A stretch of 64,000 nt of DNA. Origin: Octopus vulgaris (lineage: Eukaryota). The position numbers and the translations under genes were made by a program. The stretch lies in assembly GCA_951406725.2 (NCBI GenBank), contig OX597824.1:85436001-85500000 (forward strand), written 5' to 3'. The notes beneath the pieces are model-generated. The model saw nothing but the letters and a program-made list of their open reading frames with translations. It had not been told where the DNA came from and made no database searches. This document shows positions 41,659 through 53,887 of this stretch, piece after piece; within the stretch, counting starts at the first letter, position 1, and each line of letters begins with the position of its first letter.

Positions 41659-41955
41659 CGTGCGCGCGTATGTATGTATATATATCTAGACACTTATGCA
41701 TGTGTATCTATCTTTTATGTTTTGCCTCTTTCAGTCACTAGACTGCGGCCATGCTGGGGTACCGTCTTAAAGTCTTGGTTTCAGTCGAACAAATCGATCC
41801 CAGGAGTTATTTTTTAAGCCTAGTACTTATTCTATCGGCCTCTTTTGCCTAACCTCCATAAGCACAATGATGCTGGGGACAAACACCGATACAAAGACAT
41901 ACACGGTCATAAAGACACACACATATGTAGATACATAACATACATTCATACATAC

Positions 41956-42040
<85 letters not shown>

Positions 42041-42044
42041 CACA

Positions 42045-42155
42045 CAGGGTGATTCAAAAGTCGCCATACAATTTATTTTTTTATAAGAAACAGTTTTTTT
42101 ATTTAACTGTTTCTTATAAAAATAATTTTTTCCTATGTACGGTGACTTTTGAATC

Positions 42156-42161
<6 letters not shown>
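42045..42161. mobile_element. Tc1/mariner-type palindromic MITE
   Basis: TIR CAGGGTGATTCAAAAGTCRCCRTACA and its reverse complement, embedded in (TA)n. Confidence 0.85.
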
Positions 42162-42200
<39 letters not shown>

Positions 42201-42201
<1 letters not shown>

Positions 42202-42604
42202 AGTAAATAAATGGCACAGCGAAGCACTGATATTTACTGGAAAATAGCGAACGTAACGTGATAAATACGACGCTAATGTATAGCTTCACTGTGCATGCAC
42301 TAGCAAAGACGCGTATGTGCAACAAACATGAAAAAAATTGTCTTACCTCGAGGAAGAACATCTGAAAAATGAAATACCTAGAAATGGATAATGTGGTACC
42401 GGTTTCAGATTCTTCAAAATACATCTGCCAACATATATTTGATTTATCCTCATCAGCCACATATACCTCGACGATATTTCAAATGTTGCCACATCCATGC
42501 CAGTACACTCGACTGAACGCCAAAACGTTGTCAGAACGAGAACAGTGAAGAAGTTCGCTATTTTCCAGTAAATATCAGTGCTTCGTTGTGCCATTTATTT
42601 ACTT
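42201..42604. mobile_element. About 400-bp element with 52-bp inverted termini carrying a hammerhead ribozyme
   Basis: AAGTAAATAAATGGCACAGCGAAGCACTGATATTTACTGGAAAATAGCGAAC at 42201-52 versus its reverse complement at 42553-604 (1 mismatch). Confidence 0.88.
42391..42462 (-). ncRNA. Type I hammerhead ribozyme with an intact consensus core
   Basis: ATGTGG-CTGATGA-GGAT...ATCT-GAAA-CCGG-TA-CCACAT: 6-bp stem I, stem II, palindromic CCGG loop 3, GUA cleavage triplet. Confidence 0.85.
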
Positions 42605-42666
42605 TTATGTATAATTTTACCCTCACGGGCTATCCTTTACTGGAGAACAATACTCTCGTATTGCAT

Positions 42667-42722
<56 letters not shown>

Positions 42723-42724
<2 letters not shown>

Positions 42725-43170
42725 GACGGGCTTCTTTCTATCTCCATCTGCTAAATCCACTAACAAGGCTTTGGTCAGCCCGAAGTTATATTAGAAGACA
42801 CTTGCTCAACGTGCCACGCAGTGGAACAGAACCCGGAACCAAGAGGCTGGGAAGCAAGTTTCTTACCACACAGCCACGCCTGCGCCTTATGATACCAGTC
42901 TTATTTTGCCGAATTGCAAATTTATGAGGACGTAAATAAACCAACACCAGTTAGTGGGGCGACAAACACACACACACAGACGCACTCACACACACACGCA
43001 CACACACACACGACAGGTTTTTTTCAATTTCTGTGTGTCAAACTCACTCACAAGGCTTTGAGCAGCCTGATTTTTAGTAAGAGCATCTTGCCCAATGTGC
43101 CAACCGGTGAGACTGAACCTCAAGCCATGTGGTTTAGAAGGAAATTTCTTACCACACCTCAACGCCTGTG
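42723..43170 (-). mobile_element. Two adjacent partial SINE B copies
   Basis: Two heads (about 42885 and 43165) and body segments. Confidence 0.8.
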
Positions 43171-43237
43171 CTTATATCTATCTATATACATATATACACA
43201 CTCACACACGCATATATATATTTGTATCTATGTGTGT

Positions 43238-43291
<54 letters not shown>

Positions 43292-43606
43292 CTATTCTCA
43301 ATTCATTTTATATATAGGTAATCTCAGCTGCAACGATCAGTGAGAGACGATTTAGGTAAATTTCTTATATCTCTTTTAATTTATAATAACTATTAATCTT
43401 TCTTCACAACCGTTGGATGCAGAGTCTTCTGATTAATAGTTGAGAGAAAGACAAAAGTAATTTTTCGTGCAGAAACAATACCACGACAACCAGAGAAATC
43501 AATCAACCATGAAATATCTGTTCAATATTGTTGAGTGAAGTTAAACTGTGCTTTGAACGTTTGAATATCATACATCCAGTTTCTTTTTGATAATTCATTA
43601 TCCTTA

Positions 43607-44010
43607 AGGCGGCGAGCTGACAGAATCGTTAGCACGCCGGGCGAAATGCTTAGCGGTATTTCGTCTGCCGTTACGTTTTGAGTTCAAATCCTACCGAGGT
43701 GGACTTTGCCTTTCATCCTTTCGGGGTCGATTAAATAAGTACCAGTCATGCACTGGGGTCGATATAGTCGACTTAATCCGCTTGTCTGTCGTTGTTGTCC
43801 TCTCTGTGTTTAGCGCCTTGTGTGTAATAAAGAAATAGGTATTTCGTCTGTTCGTCTGTTTTTACGTTCTGAGTTCAAATCTTGCCGAGGTGAACTTTGC
43901 CTTTCATCCTTTCGGGGTCGATTAAATAAGTACCAGTTGCGTACTGGGGTCAATCTAATCGACTGGTCCCTACCTCAAAATTTCGGATCTTGCGCCTAGA
44001 GTAGGAAAGA
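43607..44010 (+). mobile_element. Dimeric SINE A inserted as a single unit
   Basis: 17-bp TSD ATAATTCATTATCCTTA at 43590-606 and 44011-27. Confidence 0.92.
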
Positions 44011-44164
44011 ATAATTCATTATCCTTATTATTGTTATCGTTTCAAAAGTTACTGCTACCAGCGTTTCTATTCGTTTATCAAAGAACTCATGTTCTGTTTT
44101 GAGTTCTTGAATCAGTCTTAAGATGATTTACAGAGTGAAAGTTCCAATTCTTTAATTTCACCAG

Positions 44165-44430
44165 CATCATATCATCATCATTGTTCGACCGTGGTCGTGA
44201 CTTTCATACTCTTTTCAAATGGCTAATAATGTGTGCGCGCACCACTACTACACACATTGGAAAGCATTGTACAACCAAGTACTAAAGAAGATCTTTCCTC
44301 CTCCATGAAACGAAGCTGTTCCCGCTGGACGTCAACCCAGTATTTCTAAGCTACGGACCGAGTGATTTATTGTAAGGTTATCTCCCTAGATAGATTGCCT
44401 TCACTACGGCTAAGGAGCCCTTTCTACCCT
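44165..44430 (-). mobile_element. Short retroelement with an RTE-5'UTR-like segment and an (ATG)n tail
   Basis: Minus strand GGGTAGAAAGGGCTCCTTAGCC..AAGGCAATCTATCTAGGGAG, ending in ATGATGATGATATGATG. Confidence 0.45.
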
Positions 44431-44892
44431 ATCATATAACTACCACAGACGTAGTGAATATGCTTTATAGATTATGAATCATCCACATGTTAAAGTCGGC
44501 CTGCTACAACCATCATCAAATGATACTGACCCTATGCAATTTCGCGCTATAGCGAAATTTGCATTGGGACTATATCATTTCGAAACACAATAATAGATTC
44601 CTAAGACATTTAATGGAATCAACAAAGAATAATTAGATTAATTTCAATTAAATGAAATACCAAGTGAACAGAGATTAAATATAAGCTCAATGACTAATGT
44701 TAATTAAATCTGATCAAAGGCAATGGGGGCGACAACTTAAGACTTTTAATGAATTAAATATGTTTAATTACATGCAGTGACGAGTTGATAACATTATCAC
44801 GAGAATTAACATTAATTCATTTTGTGCTTTGGGAAATATAGTAGCTGTTTCGAACGTGATATGTATAGATATAGATAGCTTGATAGCTAGAT

Positions 44893-44991
<99 letters not shown>

Positions 44992-45064
44992 TATATCTAT
45001 CTTATATATATACATATATATATATACATACATATATATATACATGCATGTATATATATACATG

Positions 45065-45154
<90 letters not shown>

Positions 45155-45346
45155 ATATTAGAAATTTGGGATTTAATATTATAATTGATACTATTTGCTT
45201 TGCATTAGTAAAGTGTAAAATAGTAAATATCCTGAAAACCTGGAATAATTGTTATTCTCTAAGTTTTTTTTAATATTCATATATATATATATATATTCAT
45301 ATATATATATATATTATAATGGATTAGTATAAAGCATTGTGTGGAA

Positions 45347-45733
45347 TATATTATATAAAATTCGTGGGTAAGGCCGGAACAATGAGAAATAAGTCCAAGG
45401 CAAATCTCAAGAAAAAAGGCAGATAATTACAGGTGATTTACCATGAATTCAATATTTCAGGGTTATGACCTTTTCTCCAGGTATTAGCGAATGTTGCGAA
45501 TGTAACATTCGCTAATTCCCGAGGAAGGTCATATTTGCAACGTTCACTAATTTCTCGACAGGGGGTCATAACCCTGAAATATTCGTTTCTACTCAAGGCA
45601 CAAGGCTCGAGATAACTCTGAAATATTAAATGCAGGGTAAGTCACCATTATTTCATATGCCTCTTTTCTTGTGATTTACCTTGGATTTATTTCGCATTGT
45701 TCCGGCCTTACCCACGAATTCTATATAATATAT
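45347..45733. mobile_element. About 390-bp fold-back element with degenerate central HHR-like units
   Basis: Arms of more than 70 bp, AATTCGTGGGTAAGGCCGGAACAATG.. and their reverse complement; central AGGTCATAACCCTGAAATATT on both strands. Confidence 0.85.
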
Positions 45734-45735
45734 AT

Positions 45736-45827
<92 letters not shown>

Positions 45828-45875
45828 CGATGGGTGAATGAATTATCCTATGTTTACCGTCAACAGGCTCCCTGT

Positions 45876-45957
45876 CTTTCCCGATGAGAAGATTGCATCT
45901 TACACCGTTTATTCCTTTGGAATAAAACCATGTTGTCTTCGAAACCTATGTCGAAAG
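45876..45957 (+). ncRNA. Type I hammerhead motif with one core substitution (CCGATGA)
   Basis: CTTTC-CCGATGA-GAAGAT..TTTATTCC/GGAATAAA..GTCTTC-GAAAC-CTAT-GTC-GAAAG. Confidence 0.75.
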
Positions 45958-46230
45958 TAAAGGAATTTTATTAACATCTTCGTTCAACTCCATTTATTTA
46001 TTTATTCATATATATATATACATATACATATACATACATACACATAAATATATATAATATATAATATATATACTCTTTTACTCTATTACTTGTTTCAATT
46101 TATCGACCCCGAAAGGATGAAAGGCAAAGTCGACCTCGGCGGAATTTGAACTCAGACCGTAATGGCAGACGAAATACGGCTACTCATTTCGCCCGGCCTC
46201 TAACGTTTCTGCCATTACATATATACATAT

Positions 46231-46365
<135 letters not shown>

Positions 46366-46896
46366 TACATATATATAATATATATATATGCATATTATAT
46401 ATATGTATATATATACACACATAAATATTTATATATACACACATACGTACGTACGTGTGTGTGTGTGTGTGTATGTACAAGTTGGTGTTGCTACTATTGT
46501 CCAGACTGTTTGCTCTGCAATACTTTTACAGACATTGCTTTAATAGCATCATCACCTTTGCAAATAGAATATTTCTCTGCTGTCTTCTCGTCAACCTCAA
46601 CTGAATTTCTATTGACTCAATTAGGTTTTAACTTCCTGAAAACGCAGTACTATCATAATCATAATCATATATTGGTCGTTATCGTCAACATTATAGCCAC
46701 GAGCCAATGCAGGAACCTTTATGTAGTCAGTTAATCTGCCCTGCAAGAAATGACAGTCCAGTTTCCCACAACTCCAGCTCAACCTCCTTCAATAAATAAT
46801 ATATTGGATAATGTAACCCGTCATACATCTAAAAGTCATGGCTGGAATGCTGTTCATCATAGGTTTGTTCAATTACAGTTGTCCGAGATCTAATTA

Positions 46897-47165
46897 CTCT
46901 TTTATTTGTTTCAGTCATGCTTTAATCTAACAAATACACCCCAGAACTTAATGTTTGTAAGCCTAGTACTTATTCTATCGACCAATTTTGCCGAACCGCT
47001 AAGTTACTGGGACGTAGACACGCCAACACACACACACACACACATATGTATATATCATGTGACCGACCAGTCCATCAGATGTAGTTACACATCGCTGGTC
47101 ACAATGCGTTCACATTGTTTTAGCCTTCAAATGACGCCACCCCGCTTGCTGAGCGAGCAGGCCAC

Positions 47166-47211
<46 letters not shown>

Positions 47212-48562
47212 GACGGGGTTCTTTCAGTTTCCATCTACCTAAATCCACCCACAAGCCCTTGGTCGACCCGAGACTATAGCAGAAGACACTTGCCCAAGGT
47301 GCCACGTGGTGGGACTGAACCCGGAACCATGTGGTTTGCAAGCAAGCTACTTTATTTCAAAATTGTGCCATAAAGGCATGACACAGAGTAGCTTGCTGGC
47401 TGGACAAAAAAATTGATGAGATGAATGATGAAAAAGGATGATATTGATGGGAGAATACAAAAGACGCCCGTCGATTTTTGTTTCTCTAAAACAGTATACG
47501 CAGGAAAAAATAAAACGAGGTATTAAACCTCTTACTTTGGTTCTTACAATTACTGGACTTAATAGTCCATTAGAAATTGAGGCGCTGAGCCTCTTACACA
47601 CAATAACATACAATAGTATGTGTCTTCTATCCACTCGGGTTCTATTCCGGGTGGCAGCCCACAGCTCTTGTTAATTTCCTCCCACCGTATGTGGTAAGGA
47701 ACATTTTTTTTTTGCCCTTCTAAGGGCTGGCTCGCAAAATTACGACCCTCTTCAAGAGTATCAATTAGCAACCACACCGTTGCATATTTGACACCCCTTG
47801 CAATAAACTTAATAGTTGGTAGATATTCTGCCAACTCTTTCTCAATTTCTATTTGAGAGAACACAGTGATGATGTCGAGAGACTTGGAATACGTCCTCAA
47901 CACCACCGTTCTCTCGTTGAAGTCTTTTATCCACTGCTTGGAAGGTACAATCTCCCACTCCAACGCAGTGTTTATTTTCTTTGCTATGCTTGCAGAAAAG
48001 AAAGGAAAGTCCAAAAAATGTTCAAACAAGAAGTCCAAATAAAGTTCACAAACACAAAAAAGAACAGAAAGACAGAGCAGAGAAAAAGAACGAAGGAAGA
48101 CAGCTCAAGTCACAGCGATACAATTCTGGCCATGCGGTAATCCTGGCCTCAGGTATTCCAAAAAAGAATGGTACTCCACACAGGTACTCTAGGTCACAGT
48201 TGCAGCAGGAACACACAAAAAATCCTCCACAAATTGGGCGAATTTTCAAAATTTTCACAAATTTTGGTGGCGAGACACGCCCACCAAACAACAATTCTTA
48301 AAGCTAAGTGAGTCTCTTAGCACGACTGCAGGCAGACAAATGCCCGGGACCCAGTGAGGATTTCTTTTTCGAAGAAGGAAAAACAATATCAAACAACAAA
48401 ACGCCACTGAATCCTCCCAAAAAACAGATGTCTACCTTATAGTCATACCTTCAATAATTCTTCAATTCAGGCGGCTACAAAAGCACGTCTTGACAGTATT
48501 CAACTTTGGAAGCAACTAGCAAACGCATGAGTAAGCAAGCTACTTACCACACAGCCACTCCT
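46897..48562 (-). mobile_element. SINE B split by two later insertions (SINE C tail at 47057-47164; LINE derivative at 47353-48532)
   Basis: The head resumes at 48533 (AAGCAAGCTACTTACCACACAGCCACTCCT). Confidence 0.85.
47353..48532 (-). mobile_element. Non-autonomous L1/Tx1-like retroelement (5'UTR, ORF1 remnant, 3' end)
   Basis: 13-bp TSD AAGCAAGCTACTT (47340-52 and 48533-45); non-repetitive ORF 47559-48038; ends in GAAATAA(A); no RT motifs; the clade assignment is an inference. Confidence 0.6.
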
Positions 48563-49200
48563 AGTCCAAAATCTAAGCAACATCAACATTATCATTACTA
48601 TTATTTATAATGATTTCTAACCTTATGATTCGAGTTCAGATTTTAAAAGGAAACCTTATAAGCGATTAAAAATCCTTTAGTACGTGACTGGTAATTATTT
48701 TGTCCACAACGGAAGCATAAAAAGCAAAGTCGATCCCAGCAGAATTTGGACTCAGACCAGACCGTAAAAGGACATATTTAAATACAATTCCACCGATTGT
48801 CCACTTCCCTGCTAATTCTACCACTCTGCCAACTTTCTCACTATTGTTATAATTAACGGCATTATGGTCCTCATTAGCAACCAACCTTCATTAGCATCAT
48901 GCAACCTACGCTACCAATACCACCTGTATTACAAATATCACTGTCGCCATCACCGCCGCCGCCGACGCCGCCGCCACCACCACCACCACCACCACTTTCA
49001 CCAATAATAACACCATCAGTAAAACATCACAGCCAGTAGTATGATCATCACAAATTAAGATCTGAGGTGTAAAATGTAATTACAATAATCGCTCTTTATC
49101 ATCAATAAAAGCAGCCCCGTTTTTCTATCATCATCATCATCATCGTCATCGTCGTCGTCGTCGCTGTCATCACCACCACTACCACCACTACCACTACCAC

Positions 49201-49237
<37 letters not shown>

Positions 49238-50491
49238 GTCGTCGTCATCGGCGTGAATATCATCATCACCATCATCGTTTCAAGTCAATGAAGGAGGCGC
49301 TACATGCTTGTTCGACCTACTGAAAAAAATTTCTTTTAAATGCGGTCAGCTGCAAAATCTCCCTCAAATCCATACCCTGCCATATTGAAGGTACACATTG
49401 GAAATGTAATCTGTTAAGTATTGAGTGTATTTGATCAGGGCTGACCTGGTGCTAAAGAACATTAATGGCAACATTATCATTATATAATGTGGGGGTACAT
49501 AATTAAAACTTCCCGAGCTATCGTTATATATTCCACATTATTAACATAGTCAGGAATAACACGTCACTGTTATCATCAACACCAACTACCACCATCTTGC
49601 CAACAACGATATCACTGGAACACCACCACCAAAACCACCACCACCACCACCACCATCACCACCACCAAAACCACCGATGTTATCACCACAACCACCACCA
49701 ACACCACAATTGCCCTGGGGTTAAACAACAACAATAACAACAGTTATATATGGATGCTCTGATCTACTAGAAAGAGAAATCGAATTTTCGTCAAATCACA
49801 ACATATTTTTGTTTAATCATGGGAAGAAGGCAGGACAAGTTGGCTAATGCTGTTCTATCTGACGAGAAAAAGAAAAAAGACGGATTAGTCACGACTGGAA
49901 TGTCTCTGATCATATTTCTACTGGATGAGACGTAAAGAAGCAAAAACAATTACTTATGACGCTATTTTGGCGTCCACTTCACTTATCACCTTTTGTAATC
50001 ACATCCGCCAGTCATAGCAGGTGCCTCTATGTCAGGGCTGAGGAAACCTTAACCCCCACCATTTGTAAATTTGATACTGCTCGCGATGAATCCTATATCC
50101 TCCTCCTCTTCCTCCCCCTCATCATCACTACCACCATCACCACCACAACCGCCACCATCATAATCGATGTCATCGTTGTCCGCGTCGTCCTCCACCCCCC
50201 GCTTTCATCGCCTCTGCCGCCACCCACTCCTTTTTCTCTTCCTCACCACCACCACCACCACCACCATCATCATTATTGTCATGATCATCACTGTCATCAT
50301 CATTATTGTCATCATCGTCGTCGTCATCATTGAAATTGTCCATTGAGTAATTTGTATCGTTAGATTATTTGTATTCAATAAGGAGTAAGGCTGTGCAAGT
50401 TCGATTACCTTCCTTCAATTGGATATGACTTCTCTATAATGGTAGTCTGGATGGAATTTTCAACACAGAACGCACAAACCTCTGCTTAGTA

Positions 50492-51056
50492 TTGGGTTGT
50501 CCGGAAAGTTCGTGCCGATTTTTAAAGAAAGAAAAAGGTCAATAAATACTTGCCATTACATTTTTAATCAACCAAATATGAACCATTTTGTTGCACAATG
50601 CGTCTCCATCTTTCCTTTAACTTGAAAATACCCTTTTCCCAGAACTGAGGTGGTTTCATGGTAAAGAATTCATCAAGGTATCTCTTTACGTCATCCAAGG
50701 AATTGAAATTTTTACCATTAAGACTATTCTTCAGAGACCTGAATAAGTGGAAATCCGAAGGAGCAATATCTGGTGAATATGGACGGTGGGGTAACACATC
50801 CCAGCCAAGCTGCAGCAATTTCTATCTTGTTCCCAAAGCATCAAGTGCCGAAAATGAACTTTCTTATCTTCCATTTTAAAGGGTTACAGAATTAAGACAG
50901 GTTATAGGAACATAAACCTTTTTCCACGAAAAGATAGCTTAAACTGTGTTCTAAATGGAGGTGTAGTCAAATCCTATTTTATGGACTCAACCATGTTCTA
51001 AAATAAGTCGAAAGGTAAGCTACTATAAATCGGCACGAACTTTCCGGACAACCCAA
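50492..51056 (-). mobile_element. Internally deleted mariner with perfect 30-bp TIRs
   Basis: TA|TTGGGTTGTCCGGAAAGTTCGTGCCGATTT..AAATCGGCACGAACTTTCCGGACAACCCAA|TA; MEDKKVHFRHLMLWE is joined to LGWDVLPHRPYSPDIAPSDFHLFRSL. Confidence 0.95.
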
Positions 51057-51340
51057 TATATACGCCCGTATGAAAAAAGAACTTAAGTCTGCTTAAATCA
51101 GTGATTAACTTTAGGTACATAGCCATACATTTGTGATTTTTCATAGGCCTTCATGCACTCCCCACTGACTACTAAAAGCATAACTCTTACTCCACGTTGT
51201 CGATAAACCTACTACATGAAGCATCCAAGTCTCCGGGCGGAACGCTTAGCGGCATTTCGCCCAATATAACAAGGAAAAACCGCTACGCGGTCATTCGAAC
51301 TGCCTAAAATTGCAGCCAAATCTCCTCTAAACCACTCCTT

Positions 51341-51642
51341 GTTTGTTCCTTCTCGAGCCACGCTTGGCTCATTAGGGCCGGTTTCCCGGTTTTCTTGGCG
51401 TATATGTTCTCCACCTGGACGGGACGCCGGTCCGTCGCCGGTGAGCTGCAAGATGCAAGAGGAAAGAGTGAGAGAAAGTTGAGGCGAAAGAGTCAGCAGA
51501 AGTTCGCCATTATCTTCTGCCGGAACCGCGTGGAGCTTAGGTGTTTCACTCATAAATACACACATTACCAGGTCTGAGATTCGAACCCACGATCCCTCGA
51601 CCGCGAGTTCGCTGCTCCAACCACTAGGCCATCTGCCTCCAC
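51341..51642 (-). mobile_element. SINE C variant with a different 3' tail
   Basis: 12-bp TSD AAACCACTCCTT at 51329-40 and 51643-54; tRNA-like head. Confidence 0.9.
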
Positions 51643-52129
51643 AAACCACTCCTTACACTCTAAGGAAAGAACACGTTTGATGAAGTGGTTCTAGCTTCTC
51701 TGCACATATGCAAAGACGAAAACCTGAAATGTCTTTAATCAGGACTGACCTGGGATTAAACAACAACAACAGCATCAACATTAACAGCAGCACATAATAC
51801 CATAACCAAAACATCCTCATGGTGATATAATGGGATAATGAAGTCTTAATCGATAGTTCAGTTTTCAATAAACTAATTATCCACATAATTAGATATTGTA
51901 TTTCTTTAGCTATTTTCATATATTGTTTTCTTTGACTTTCATGTCAGAAACATATTGTCTTTTTTTCTGTTCTTTTTGTCTTCACCCTTATTCGCTTCTA
52001 GTTCTCTTTCCTCCGTCACATAAATACACACACCTACGCAATTATCTAGTTCTTTGTCTGTCCGTCTGTCTACCTCTACGTGCGTGTGTCTGTCCGTGAG
52101 TGTGTGTGTGTACATATGTATATACATCA

Positions 52130-52345
52130 CAACTGAAGGAGGAAGCCCTCCCTATAATCCTTCCACCGCTGCCTGTCTCTGGCCAATCGTGGCCATCAAG
52201 ATCCAGGTAACGGGTGAGATCATCTCGCTCGCCAGTTTGTCATTGGTCGGCCTCTTGATCATATTCATTGCCTTGGTGTCCATTCCATCATCCTGATTGT
52301 CCGTCTGTTGTTCATCAGTCGCGCGATGTAGCCAGCCCATCTATA
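52130..52345 (-). pseudogene. RTE-LINE ORF2 C-terminal fragment
   Basis: RWAGYIARLMNNRRTIRMMEWTPR..RGRPMT.W motif. Confidence 0.8.
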
Positions 52346-53181
52346 TCTTATTCTCTTTGATTACTTTTATGATTTCGTTGATTCATGGTACAGTAATGCA
52401 AAATGGCACAGACACACTAACAGAATTTGGGAAAAGCCATACAGGTTATAAATTTGGTACACAAACCTACCAGAAATAAATGCAAATAAGGGCATCCCAT
52501 TGAAAAAAGTTGTACAACTGCAACCTAGCTAGTATCGGAACTCCCACATTTCTGATCACTTTCATTTCGTGCAGTTTCTGCCAGCTGGGCCCTTCGAAAT
52601 TAACCTCGAATATTTTTGGCCTTAACAGACCTATGAAAGGTCGCACAGCTAATGCAATCATTATTTAACGCGATCATTAACGCGATCATTTTTGTTCCAT
52701 CATTTAGAGCAGTGGTTCTCAACCGAGGTCAATATGGCCCTTGGACGTCCATATAAAATTTTGCTGTTGAAATTTATGTGAAATAAATTGTTCACACTTC
52801 CACAATACACAAAATATTTTAGTAATTTTTAATAAAATTCCTGGTAATATTCAAGTGAGAATAAGTGCTCAACACCGCATTGGCAAATAAATATTTCTTA
52901 TTTGTGGGTTAACAAGGCTACCAATGGTTTCATGTAAGAAGGATCACTTTACAATTTTCAAGCCTGCCACATGGGAACGATAATACTATTTTCCATTATA
53001 CATACATATATAAACATATGTATATGTGTGTGTGTATGTATGGTGACTGCTCTCTATCGTCGGAGGTGAATTGACATATCCGGTGCAGCCGGTGAAACGA
53101 AAAAGGGCAGGGGATTAGGTGTAAAGCCGGTAAGCAACAGCAAACTGGGTGTGTCAGTTCACTTCCGACAATAGAGACTAG

Positions 53182-53228
<47 letters not shown>

Positions 53229-53887
53229 ATTTGAGGGACAACATTTTCAAATGAGTCCTTCCTTATTTACGACAGTAGGGTCTACTTTGAATGAGATTTG
53301 GCTGCTATTTAACTGGTCAGGCAACCATGTAGTGGTTCCCCATTGGAGAAGGGACATATTATAGTAGCAGTAATGGAGGATTATGAAGTACGGATGGCGA
53401 TACTACATGATGATAGCATCACGTGGTTTGTACCGAATACTGATTGTGTAATTGTATATTGCGATGCCAGCAGCAGCAGCAGCTACAGCAGTCATTAAGA
53501 AAGTACTGTTGTTGTTGTTGATGTTGTTAAGATGTGTTTATTGCTAAGCTGCATGCGTAACTTAGTTATGTTCTAGTAAATTTGATCACGAAACATTAAA
53601 AGTCTTTCAAGAGAAATATGCGTGAGTCTATGTATGAGCGATACAAGAATCCGAAATACAAGCGAACTTGTGTCTATACGTCTTCTTATATGTGTGAACG
53701 AATATGCATACAAGCATATATACATACATACACACAAACATATAGATATGCGCGTGCACATATCTATATACTAGTTATTAGTTTTACGAATGCCAGCAGG
53801 AATATTATGTGCATATATGATGTTTGGATATCTATATACGTATGGATGTGTTCTAATTGTATATATGTACGTACGTTCCTACGCACG

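Noticed and set aside
49956-50333. His/Pro/Thr-rich ORF
   Set aside because: Derived from (CAT)n/(CAC)n trinucleotide tracts
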